From positions 11,408,001 to 11,472,000 of the forward strand of contig OZ059895.1 of NCBI GenBank assembly GCA_964057225.1: a DNA stretch of 64,000 nucleotides, given 5' to 3'. Made by a program: the position numbers and the translations under genes. Source of the stretch: Auanema rhodensis (taxonomy: Eukaryota > Animalia > Nematoda). How positions within the stretch are numbered: the first letter of the stretch is position 1; each line of letters starts with the position of its first letter. Shown one piece after another: positions 1 to 12,600 of this stretch. A model generated the notes under the pieces. The model did no database searches. It was not told where the DNA came from and saw only the letters and a list, made by a program, of their open reading frames with translations.

Positions 1-3000
1 TACATAACTAACATGAAATTGGGAAAAAATTATAACGAGGATAAGTATGTGAAACATTGAATATCAGATATTTTCGCTTAGGACCATACCACGTTGAAAG
101 TACGGCATGCGGCTGATTTTCAATTTTAACTCTTCTGTAACAAATGTTTGAATTTTCAAGCAGTTTTACTTAGATAGCTCAACCCAAGGCAGCAAATTAT
201 CTTCAATCTTATTTCTATCTTACAGTTATAAACCATTAGTTAATGAATCATCATCTTACCTTCACTGTTTCTATCTATTTTCTATCAAAAGAAACATTGT
301 TTAAACACTATACAACTGTGAAACCTTTTTTAATTTCTTGTATTTGGAACTCATAAGATTTGATATCATCGAGGGATCCAGATAGAACGTGGAAAATTAC
401 ATAACTAACATGAAATTGGGAAAAAATTATAACGAGGATAAGTATGTGAAACATTGAATATCAGATATTTTCGCTTAGGACCATACCACGTTGAAAGTAC
501 GGCATGCGGCTGATTTTCAATTTTAACTCTTCTGTAACAAATGTTTTCAATTTTCAAGCAGTTTTACTTAGATAGCTCAACCCAAGGCAGCAAATTATCT
601 TCAATCTTATTTCTATCTTACAGTTATAAACCATTAGTTAATGAACCATCATCTTACCTTTACTATTTCTATCTATTTCCTATCAAAACCAACTTTGTTC
701 AAACACTATACAACTGAGAAGCCTTTTTTAATTTCTTGTATTTGGAGCTCATAAGATTTGATATCATTGAGGGATCCAGATAGAACGTGGAAAATTACGT
801 AACTAACATGAAATTGGAAAAAACTATAACGAGGATAAGTATGTGAATCATTGAATATCAGATAGTTTCGCTTAGGACCATACCACGTTCAAAGTACGCC
901 ATGCCGCTGATTTTCAATTTTAACTCTTCTGTATTAAATGTTTTCAATTTTCAAGCAGTTTTACTCAGATAGCTTAACCCTAGGCAGCAAATTATCTTCA
1001 ATATTATTTCTATCTTACAGTTATAAACCAATAGTTAATGAACCATCATCTTACCTTTACTGTTTCTATCTATTTCCTATCGAAAGCAACTTTGTTCAAA
1101 CACTATACAACTGTGAAACCTTTTTTAATTTCTTGTATTTGGAGCTCATAAGATTTGATATCATTAAGGGATCCAGATAGAACGTGGAAAATTACATAAC
1201 TAACATGAAATTGGGAAAAAATTATAACGAAGATAAGTATGTAAATCATTGAATATCAGATATTTTTGCTTACAACTATACCACGTTGTAAGTACGCCAT
1301 GCCGCTGATTTTCAATTTCAACTCTTTTGTAACAAATGTTTTCAATTTTCAAGCAGTTTTACTCAGATAGCTCAACCCAAGGCAGCAATTCATCTTCAAT
1401 ATTATTTCTATCTTACAGTTATAAACCAATAGTTAATGAACCATCATCTTACCCTTACCGTTTCTATCTATTTCATATCAAAACCAACTTTGTTCAAAAA
1501 CTATACAACTGTGAAACCTTTTTTAATTTCTTGTATTTGGAGCTCATAAGATTTGATATCATTAAGGGATCCAGATAAAACGTGGAAAATTACATAACTA
1601 ACATGAAATTGGGAAAAAATTATAACGAGGATAAGTATGTGAAACATTGAATATCAGATATTTTCGCTTAGGACCATACCACGTTGAAAGTACGGCATGC
1701 GGCTGATTTTCAATTTTAACTCTTCTGTAACAAATGTTTGAATTTTCAAGCAGTTTTACTTAGATAGCTCAACCCAAGGCAGCAATTCATCTTCAATATT
1801 ATTTCTATCTTACAGTTATAAACCAATAGTTAATGAACCATCATCTTACCCTTACCGTTTCTATCTATTTCATATCAAAACCAACTTTGTTCAAAAACTA
1901 TACAACTGTGAAACCTTTTTTAATTTCTTGTATTTGAAGCTCATAAGATTTGATATCATTAAGGGATCCAGATAGAACGTGGAAAATTACATAACTAACA
2001 TGAAATTGGGAAAAAATTATAACGAGGATAAGTATGTGAAACATTGAATATCAGATATTTTCGCTTAGGACCATACCACGTTGAAAGTACGGCATGCGGC
2101 TGATTTTCAATTTTAACTCTTCTGTAACAAATGTTTGAATTTTCAAGCAGTTTTACTTAGATAGCTCAACCCAAGGCAGCAAATTATCTTCAATCTTATT
2201 TCTATCTTACAGTTATAAACCATTAGTTAATGAATCATCATCTTACCTTCACTGTTTCTATCTATTTTCTATCAAAAGAAACATTGTTTAAACACTATAC
2301 AACTGTGAAACCTTTTTTAATTTCTTGTATTTGGAACTCATAAGATTTGATATCATCGAGGGATCCAGATAGAACGTGGAAAATTACATAACTAACATGA
2401 AATTGGGAAAAAATTATAACGAGGATAAGTATGTGAAACATTGAATATCAGATATTTTCGCTTAGGACCATACCACGTTGAAAGTACGGCATGCGGCTGA
2501 TTTTCAATTTTAACTCTTCTGTAACAAATGTTTTCAATTTTCAAGCAGTTTTACTTAGATAGCTCAACCCAAGGCAGCAAATTATCTTCAATCTTATTTC
2601 TATCTTACAGTTATAAACCATTAGTTAATGAACCATCATCTTACCTTTACTATTTCTATCTATTTCCTATCAAAACCAACTTTGTTCAAACACTATACAA
2701 CTGAGAAGCCTTTTTTAATTTCTTGTATTTGGAGCTCATAAGATTTGATATCATTGAGGGATCCAGATAGAACGTGGAAAATTACGTAACTAACATGAAA
2801 TTGGAAAAAACTATAACGAGGATAAGTATGTGAATCATTGAATATCAGATAGTTTCGCTTAGGACCATACCACGTTCAAAGTACGCCATGCCGCTGATTT
2901 TCAATTTTAACTCTTCTGTATTAAATGTTTTCAATTTTCAAGCAGTTTTACTCAGATAGCTTAACCCTAGGCAGCAAATTATCTTCAATATTATTTCTAT

Positions 3001-6000
3001 CTTACAGTTATAAACCAATAGTTAATGAACCATCATCTTACCTTTACTGTTTCTATCTATTTCCTATCGAAAGCAACTTTGTTCAAACACTATACAACTG
3101 TGAAACCTTTTTTAATTTCTTGTATTTGGAGCTCATAAGATTTGATATCATTAAGGGATCCAGATAGAACGTGGAAAATTACATAACTAACATGAAATTG
3201 GGAAAAAATTATAACGAAGATAAGTATGTAAATCATTGAATATCAGATATTTTTGCTTACAACTATACCACGTTGTAAGTACGCCATGCCGCTGATTTTC
3301 AATTTCAACTCTTTTGTAACAAATGTTTTCAATTTTCAAGCAGTTTTACTTAGATAGCTCAACCCAAGGCAGCAATTCATCTTCAATATTATTTCTATCT
3401 TACAGTTATAAACCAATAGTTAATGAACCATCATCTTACCCTTACCGTTTCTATCTATTTCATATCAAAACCAACTTTGTTCAAAAACTATACAACTGTG
3501 AAACCTTTTTTAATTTCTTGTATTTGGAGCTCATAAGATTTGATATCATTAAGGGATCCAGATAAAACGTGGAAAATTACATAACTAACATGAAATTGGG
3601 AAAAAATTATAACGAGGATAAGTATGTGAAACATTGAATATCAGATATTTTCGCTTAGGACCATACCACGTTGAAAGTACGGCATGCGGCTGATTTTCAA
3701 TTTTAACTCTTCTGTAACAAATGTTTGAATTTTCAAGCAGTTTTACTTAGATAGCTCAACCCAAGGCAGCAAATTATCTTCAATCTTATTTCTATCTTAC
3801 AGTTATAAACCATTAGTTAATGAACCATCATCTTACCTTCACTGTTTCTATCTATTTTCTATCAAAAGAAACATTGTTTAAACACTATACAACTGTGAAA
3901 CCTTTTTTAATTTTTTGTATTTGGAACTCATAAGATTTGATATCATCGAGGGATCCAGATAGAACGTGGAAAATTACGTAACTAACATGAAATTGGAAAA
4001 AACTATAACGAGGATAAGTATGTGAATCATTGAATATCAGATAGTTTCGCTTAGGACCATACCACGTTCAAAGTACGCCATGCCGCTGATTTTCAATTTT
4101 AACTCTTCTGTATTAAATGTTTTCAATTTTCAAGCAGTTTTACTCAGATAGCTTAACCCTAGGCAGCAAATTATCTTCAATATTATTTCTATCTTACAGT
4201 TATAAACCAATAGTTAATGAACCATCATCTTACCTTTACTGTTTCTATCTATTTCCTATCGAAAGCAACTTTGTTCAAACACTATACAACTGTGAAACCT
4301 TTTTTAATTTCTTGTATTTGGAGCTCATAAGATTTGATATCATTAAGGGATCCAGATAGAACGTGGAAAATTACATAACTAACATGAAATTGGGAAAAAA
4401 TTATAACGAAGATAAGTATGTAAATCATTGAATATCAGATATTTTTGCTTACAACTATACCACGTTGTAAGTACGCCATGCCGCTGATTTTCAATTTCAA
4501 CTCTTTTGTAACAAATGTTTTCAATTTTCAAGCAGTTTTACTTAGATAGCTCAACCCAAGGCAGCAATTCATCTTCAATATTATTTCTATCTTACAGTTA
4601 TAAACCAATAGTTAATGAACCATCATCTTACCCTTACCGTTTCTATCTATTTCATATCAAAACCAACTTTGTTCAAAAACTATACAACTGTGAAACCTTT
4701 TTTAATTTCTTGTATTTGGAGCTCATAAGATTTGATATCATTAAGGGATCCAGATAAAACGTGGAAAATTACATAACTAACATGAAATTGGGAAAAAATT
4801 ATAACGAGGATAAGTATGTGAAACATTGAATATCAGATATTTTCGCTTAGGACCATACCACGTTGAAAGTACGGCATGCGGCTGATTTTCAATTTTAACT
4901 CTTCTGTAACAAATGTTTGAATTTTCAAGCAGTTTTACTTAGATAGCTCAACCCAAGGCAGCAAATTATCTTCAATCTTATTTCTATCTTACAGTTATAA
5001 ACCATTAGTTAATGAACCATCATCTTACCTTCACTGTTTCTATCTATTTTCTATCAAAAGAAACATTGTTTAAACACTATACAACTGTGAAACCTTTTTT
5101 AATTTTTTGTATTTGGAACTCATAAGATTTGATATCATCGAGGGATCCAGATAGAACGTGGAAAATTACATAACTAACATGAAATTGGGAAAAAATTATA
5201 ACGAGGATAAGTATGTGAAACATTGAATATCAGATATTTTCGCTTAGGACCATACCACGTTGAAAGTACGGCATGCGGCTGATTTTCAATTTTAACTCTT
5301 CTGTAACAAATGTTTTCAATTTTCAAGCAGTTTTACTTAGATAGCTCAACCCAAGGCAGCAAATTATCTTCAATCTTATTTCTATCTTACAGTTATAAAC
5401 CATTAGTTAATGAACCATCATCTTACCTTTACTATTTCTATCTATTTCCTATCAAAACCAACTTTGTTCAAACACTATACAACTGAGAAGCCTTTTTTAA
5501 TTTCTTGTATTTGGAGCTCATAAGATTTGATATCATTGAGGGATCCAGATAGAACGTGGAAAATTACGTAACTAACATGAAATTGGAAAAAACTATAACG
5601 AGGATAAGTATGTGAATCATTGAATATCAGATATTTTCGCTTAGGACCATACCACGTTGAAAGTACGCCATGCCGCTGATTTTCAATTTTAACTCTTCTG
5701 TATTAAATGTTTTCAATTTTCAAGCAGTTTTACTCAGATAGCTTAACCCTAGGCAGCAAATTATCTTCAATATTATTTCTATCTTACAGTTATAAACCAA
5801 TAGTTAATGAACCATCATCTTACCTTTACTGTTTCTATCTATTTCCTATCGAGAGCAACTTTGTTCAAACACTATACAACTGTGAAACCTTTTTTAATTT
5901 CTTGTATTTGGAGCTCATAAGATTTGATATCATTGAGGGATCCAGATAGAATGTGGAAAATTACATAACTAACATGAAATTGGGAAAAAATTATGACGAG

Positions 6001-9000
6001 GATAAGTATGTGAAACATTGAATATCAGATATTTTCGCTTAGGACCATACCACGTTGAAAGTACGGCATGCGGCTGATTTTCAATTTCAACTCTTCTGTA
6101 ACAAATGTTTGAATTTTCAAGCAGTTTTACTTAGATAGCTCAACCCAAGGCAGCAAATTATCTTCAATCTTATTTCTATCTTACAGTTATAAACCATTAG
6201 TTAATGAACCATCATCTTACCTTCACTGTTTCTATCTATTTTCTATCAAAAGAAACATTGTTTAAACACTATACAACTGTGAAACCTTTTTTAATTTCTT
6301 GTATTTGGAACTCATAAGATTTGATATCAACGAGGGATCCAGATAGAACGTGGAAAATTACGTAACTAACATGAAATTGGAAAAAACTATAACGAGGATA
6401 AGTATGTGAATCATTGAATATCAGATATTTTCGCTTAGGACCATACCACGTTGAAAGTACGCCATGCCGCTGATTTTCAATTTTAACTCTTTTGTAACAA
6501 ATGTTTTCAATTTTCAAGCAGTTTTACTCAGATAGCTTAACCCAAGGCAGCAAATTATCTTCAATATTATTTCTATCTTACAGTTATAAACCAATAGTTA
6601 ATGAACCATCATCTTACCTTTACTGTTTCTATCTATTTCCTATCGAAACCAACTTTGTTCAAAAACTATACAACTGTGAAACCTTTTTTAATTTCTTGTA
6701 TTTGAAGCTCATAAGATTTGATATCATTAAGGGATCCAGATAGAACGTGGAAAATTACGTAACTAACATGAAATTGGAAAAAACTATAACGAGGATAAGT
6801 ATGTCAATCATTGAATATCAGATATTTTCGCTTAGGACCATACCACGTTGAAAGTACGCCATGCCGCTGATTTTCGATTTTAACTCTTTTGTAACAAATG
6901 TTTGAATTTTCAAGCAGTTTTACTTAGATAGCTCAACCCAAGGCAGCAATTTATCTTCAATATTATTTCTATCTTACAGTTATAAACCAATAGTTAATGA
7001 ACCATCATCTTACCCTTACCGTTTCTATCTATTTCCTATCGAAACCAACTTTGTTCAAAAACTATACAACTGTGAAACCTTTTTTAATTTCTTGTATTTG
7101 AAGCTCATAAGATTTGATATCATTAAGGGATCCAGATAGAACGTGGAAAATTACATAACTAACATGAAATTGGGAAAACATTATAACGAGGATAAGTATG
7201 TAAATCATTGAATATCAGATATTTTTGCTTACAACTATACCACGTTGTAAGTACGCCATGCCGCTGATTTTCAATTTTAACTCTTTTGTAACATATGTTT
7301 TCAATTTTCAAGCAGTTTTACTTAGATAGCTCAACCCAAGGCAGCAATTCATCTTCAATATTATTTCTATCTTACAGTTATAAACCAATAGTTAATGAAC
7401 CATCATCTTACCCTTACCGTTTCTATCTATTTCATATCGAAACCAACTTTGTTCAAAAACTATACAACTGTGAAACCTTTTTTAATTTCTTGTATTTGGA
7501 GCTCATAAGATTTGATATCATTAAGGGATCCAGATAGAACGTGGAAAATTACATAACTAACATGAAATTGGGAAAAAATTATAACGAGGATAAGTATGTA
7601 TATCATTGAATATCAGATATTTTTGCTTACAACTATACCACGTTGTAAGTACGCCATGCCGCTGATTTTCAATTTTAACTCTTTTGTAACAAATGTTTTC
7701 AATTTTCAAGCAGTTTTACTTAGATAGCTCAACCCAAGGCAGCAATTCATCTTCAATATTATTTCTATCTTACAGTTATAAACCAATAGTTAATGAACCA
7801 TCATCTTACCCTTACCGTTTCTATCTATTTCATATCAAAACCAACTTTGTTCAAAAACTATACAACTGTGAAACCTTTTTTAATTTCTTGTATTTGGAGC
7901 TCATAAGATTTGATATCATTAAGGGATCCAGATAAAACGTGGAAAATTACATAACTAACATGAAATTGGGAAAAAATTATAACGAGGATAAGTATGTGAA
8001 ACATTGAATATCAGATATTTTCGCTTAGGACCATACCACGTTGAAAGTACGGCATGCGGCTGATTTTCAATTTTAACTCTTCTGTAACAAATGTTTGAAT
8101 TTTCAAGCAGTTTTACTTAGATAGCTCAACCCAAGGCAGCAAATTATCTTCAATCTTATTTCTATCTTACAGTTAAAAACCATTAGTTAATGAACCATCA
8201 TCTTACCTTCACTGTTTCTATCTATTTTCTATCAAAAGAAACATTGTTTAAACACTATACAACTGTGAAACCTTTTTTAATTTTTTGTATTTGGAACTCA
8301 TAAGATTTGATATCATCGAGGGATCCAGATAGAACGTGGAAAATTACATAACTAACATGAAATTGGGAAAAAATTATAACGAGGATAAGTATGTGAAACA
8401 TTGAATATCAGATATTTTCGCTTAGGACCATACCACGTTGAAAGTACGGCATGCGGCTGATTTTCAATTTTAACTCTTCTGTAACAAATGTTTTCAATTT
8501 TCAAGCAGTTTTACTTAGATAGCTCAACCCAAGGCAGCAAATTATCTTCAATCTTATTTCTATCTTACAGTTATAAACCATTAGTTAATGAACCATCATC
8601 TTACCTTTACTATTTCTATCTATTTCCTATCAAAACCAACTTTGTTCAAACACTATACAACTGTGAAACCTTTTTTAATTTCTTGTATTTGGAGCTCATA
8701 AGATTTGATATCATTGAAGGATCCAGATAGAACGTGGAAAATTACGTAACTAACATGAAATTGGAAAAAACTATAACGAGGATAAGTATGTGAATCATTG
8801 AATATCAGATATTTTCGCTTAGGACCATACCACGTTGAAAGTACGGCATGCGGCTGATTTTCAATTTTAACTCTTCTGTAACAAATGTTTGAATTTTCAA
8901 GCAGTTTTACTTAGATAGCTCAACCCAAGGCAGCAAATTATCTTCAATCTTATTTCTATCTTACAGTTATAAACCATTAGTTAATGAACCATCATCTTAC

Positions 9001-9679
9001 CTTCACTGTTTCTATCTATTTTCTATCAAAAGAAACATTGTTTAAACACTATACAACTGTGAAACCTTTTTTAATTTCTTGTATTTGGAACTCATAAGAT
9101 TTGATATCATCGAGGGATCCAGATAGAACGTGGAAAATTACGTAACTAACATGAAATTGGAAAAAACTATAACGAGGATAAGTATGTGAATCATTGAATA
9201 TCAGATATTTTCGCTTAGGACCATACCACGTTGAAAGTACGCCATGCCGCTGATTTTCAATTTTAACTCTTTTGTAACAAATGTTTTCAATTTTCAAGCA
9301 GTTTTACTCAGATAGCTTAACCCAAGGCAGCAAATTATCTTCAATATTATTTCTATCTTACAGTTATAAACCAATAGTTAATGAACCATCATCTTACCTT
9401 TACTGTTTCTATCTATTTCCTATCGAAACCAACTTTGTTCAAAAACTATACAACTGTGAAACCTTTTTTAATTTCTTGTATTTGAAGCTCATAAGATTTG
9501 ATATCATTAAGGGATCCAGATAGAACGTGGAAAATTACGTAACTAACATGAAATTGGAAAAAACTATAACGAGGATAAGTATGTCAATCATTGAATATCA
9601 GATATTTTCGCTTAGGACCATACCACGTTGAAAGTACGCCATGCCGCTGATTTTCGATTTTAACTCTTTTGTAACAAAT

Positions 9680-12600
9680 GTTTTCAATTTTCAAGCAGTT
9701 TTACTTAGATAGCTCAACCCAAGGCAGCAAATTATCTTCAATCTTATTTCTATCTTACAGTTATAAACCATTAGTTAATGAACCATCATCTTACCTTTAC
9801 TATTTCTATCTATTTCCTATCAAAACCAACTTTGTTCAAACACTATACAACTGAGAAGCCTTTTTTAATTTCTTGTATTTGGAGCTCATAAGATTTGATA
9901 TCATTGAGGGATCCAGATAGAACGTGGAAAATTACGTAACTAACATGAAATTGGAAAAAACTATAACGAGGATAAGTATGTGAATCATTGAATATCAGAT
10001 ATTTTCGCTTAGGACCATACCACGTTGAAAGTACGCCATGCCGCTGATTTTCAATTTTAACTCTTCTGTATTAAATGTTTTCAATTTTCAAGCAGTTTTA
10101 CTCAGATAGCTTAACCCTAGGCAGCAAATTATCTTCAATATTATTTCTATCTTACAGTTATAAACCAATAGTTAATGAACCATCATCTTACCTTTACTGT
10201 TTCTATCTATTTCCTATCGAGAGCAACTTTGTTCAAACACTATACAACTGTGAAACCTTTTTTAATTTCTTGTATTTGGAGCTCATAAGATTTGATATCA
10301 TTGAGGGATCCAGATAGAATGTGGAAAATTACATAACTAACATGAAATTGGGAAAAAATTATGACGAGGATAAGTATGTGAAACATTGAATATCAGATAT
10401 TTTCGCTTAGGACCATACCACGTTGAAAGTACGGCATGCGGCTGATTTTCAATTTTAACTCTTCTGTAACAAATGTTTGAATTTTCAAGCAGTTTTACTT
10501 AGATAGCTCAACCCAAGGCAGCAAATTATCTTCAATCTTATTTCTATCTTACAGTTATAAACCATTAGTTAATGAACCATCATCTTACCTTCACTGTTTC
10601 TATCTATTTTCTATCAAAAGAAACATTGTTTAAACACTATACAACTGTGAAACCTTTTTTAATTTCTTGTATTTGGAACTCATAAGATTTGATATCATCG
10701 AGGGATCCAGATAGAACGTGGAAAATTACGTAACTAACATGAAATTGGAAAAAACTATAACGAGGATAAGTATGTGAATCATTGAATATCAGATATTTTC
10801 GCTTAGGACCATACCACGTTGAAAGTACGCCATGCTGCTGATTTTCAATTTTAACTCTTTTGTAACAAATGTTTTCAATTTTCAAGCAGTTTTACTCAGA
10901 TAGCTTAACCCAAGGCAGCAAATTATCTTCAATATTATTTCTATCTTACAGTTATAAACCAATAGTTAATGAACCATCATCTTACCTTTACTGTTTCTAT
11001 CTATTTCCTATCGAAACCAACTTTGTTCAAAAACTATACAACTGTGAAACCTTTTTTAATTTCTTGTATTTGAAGCTCATAAGATTTGATATCATCGAGG
11101 GATCCAGATAGAACGTGGAAAATTACATAACTAACATGAAATTGGAAAAAACTATAACGAGGATAAGTATGTCAATCATTGAATATCAGATGTTTTCGCT
11201 TAGGACCATACCACGTTGAAAGTACGCCATGCCGCTGATTTTCGATTTTAACTCTTTTGTAACAAATGTTTTCAATTTTCAAGCAGTTTTACTTAGATAG
11301 CTCAACCCAAGGCAGCAAATTATCTTCAATCTTATTTCTATCTTACAGTTATAAACCATTAGTTAATGAACCATCATCTTACCTTTACTATTTCTATCTA
11401 TTTCCTATCAAAACCAACTTTGTTCAAACACTATACAACTGAGAAGCCTTTTTTAATTTCTTGTATTTGGAGCTCATAAGATTTGATATCATTGAGGGAT
11501 CCAGATAGAACGTGGAAAATTACGTAACTAACATGAAATTGGAAAAAACTATAACGAGGATAAGTATGTGAATCATTGAATATCAGATATTTTCGCTTAG
11601 GACCATACCACGTTGAAAGTACGCCATGCCGCTGATTTTCAATTTTAACTCTTCTGTATTAAATGTTTTCAATTTTCAAGCAGTTTTACTCAGATAGCTT
11701 AACCCTAGGCAGCAAATTATCTTCAATATTATTTCTATCTTACAGTTATAAACCAATAGTTAATGAACCATCATCTTACCTTTACTGTTTCTATCTATTT
11801 CCTATCGAGAGCAACTTTGTTCAAACACTATACAACTGTGAAACCTTTTTTAATTTCTTGTATTTGGAGCTCATAAGATTTGATATCATTGAGGGATCCA
11901 GATAGAATGTGGAAAATTACATAACTAACATGAAATTGGGAAAAAATTATGACGAGGATAAGTATGTGAAACATTGAATATCAGATATTTTCGCTTAGGA
12001 CCATACCACGTTGAAAGTACGGCATGCGGCTGATTTTCAATTTTAACTCTTCTGTAACAAATGTTTGAATTTTCAAGCAGTTTTACTTAGATAGCTCAAC
12101 CCAAGGCAGCAAATTATCTTCAATCTTATTTCTATCTCACAGTTATAAACCATTAGTTAATGAACCATCATCTTACCTTCACTGTTTCTATCTATTTTCT
12201 ATCAAAAGAAACATTGTTTAAACACTATACAACTGTGAAACCTTTTTTAATTTCTTGTATTTGGAACTCATAAGATTTGATATCATCGAGGGATCCAGAT
12301 AGAACGTGGAAAATTACGTAACTAACATGAAATTGGAAAAAACTATAACGAGGATAAGTATGTCAATCATTGAATATCAGATATTTTCGCTTAGGACCAT
12401 ACCACGTTGAAAGTACGGCATGCGGCTGATTTTCAATTTTAACTCTTCTGTAACAAATGTTTGAATTTTCAAGCAGTTTTACTTAGATAGCTCAACCCAA
12501 GGCAGCAAATTATCTTCAATCTTATTTCTATCTTACAGTTATAAACCATTAGTTAATGAACCATCATCTTACCTTCACTGTTTCTATCTATTTTCTATCA

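Noticed and set aside
69-90. CENP-B box-like motif at TTTTCGCTTAGGACCATAC
   Set aside because: Only TTCG matches. The required A and CGGG positions of the canonical box are absent.
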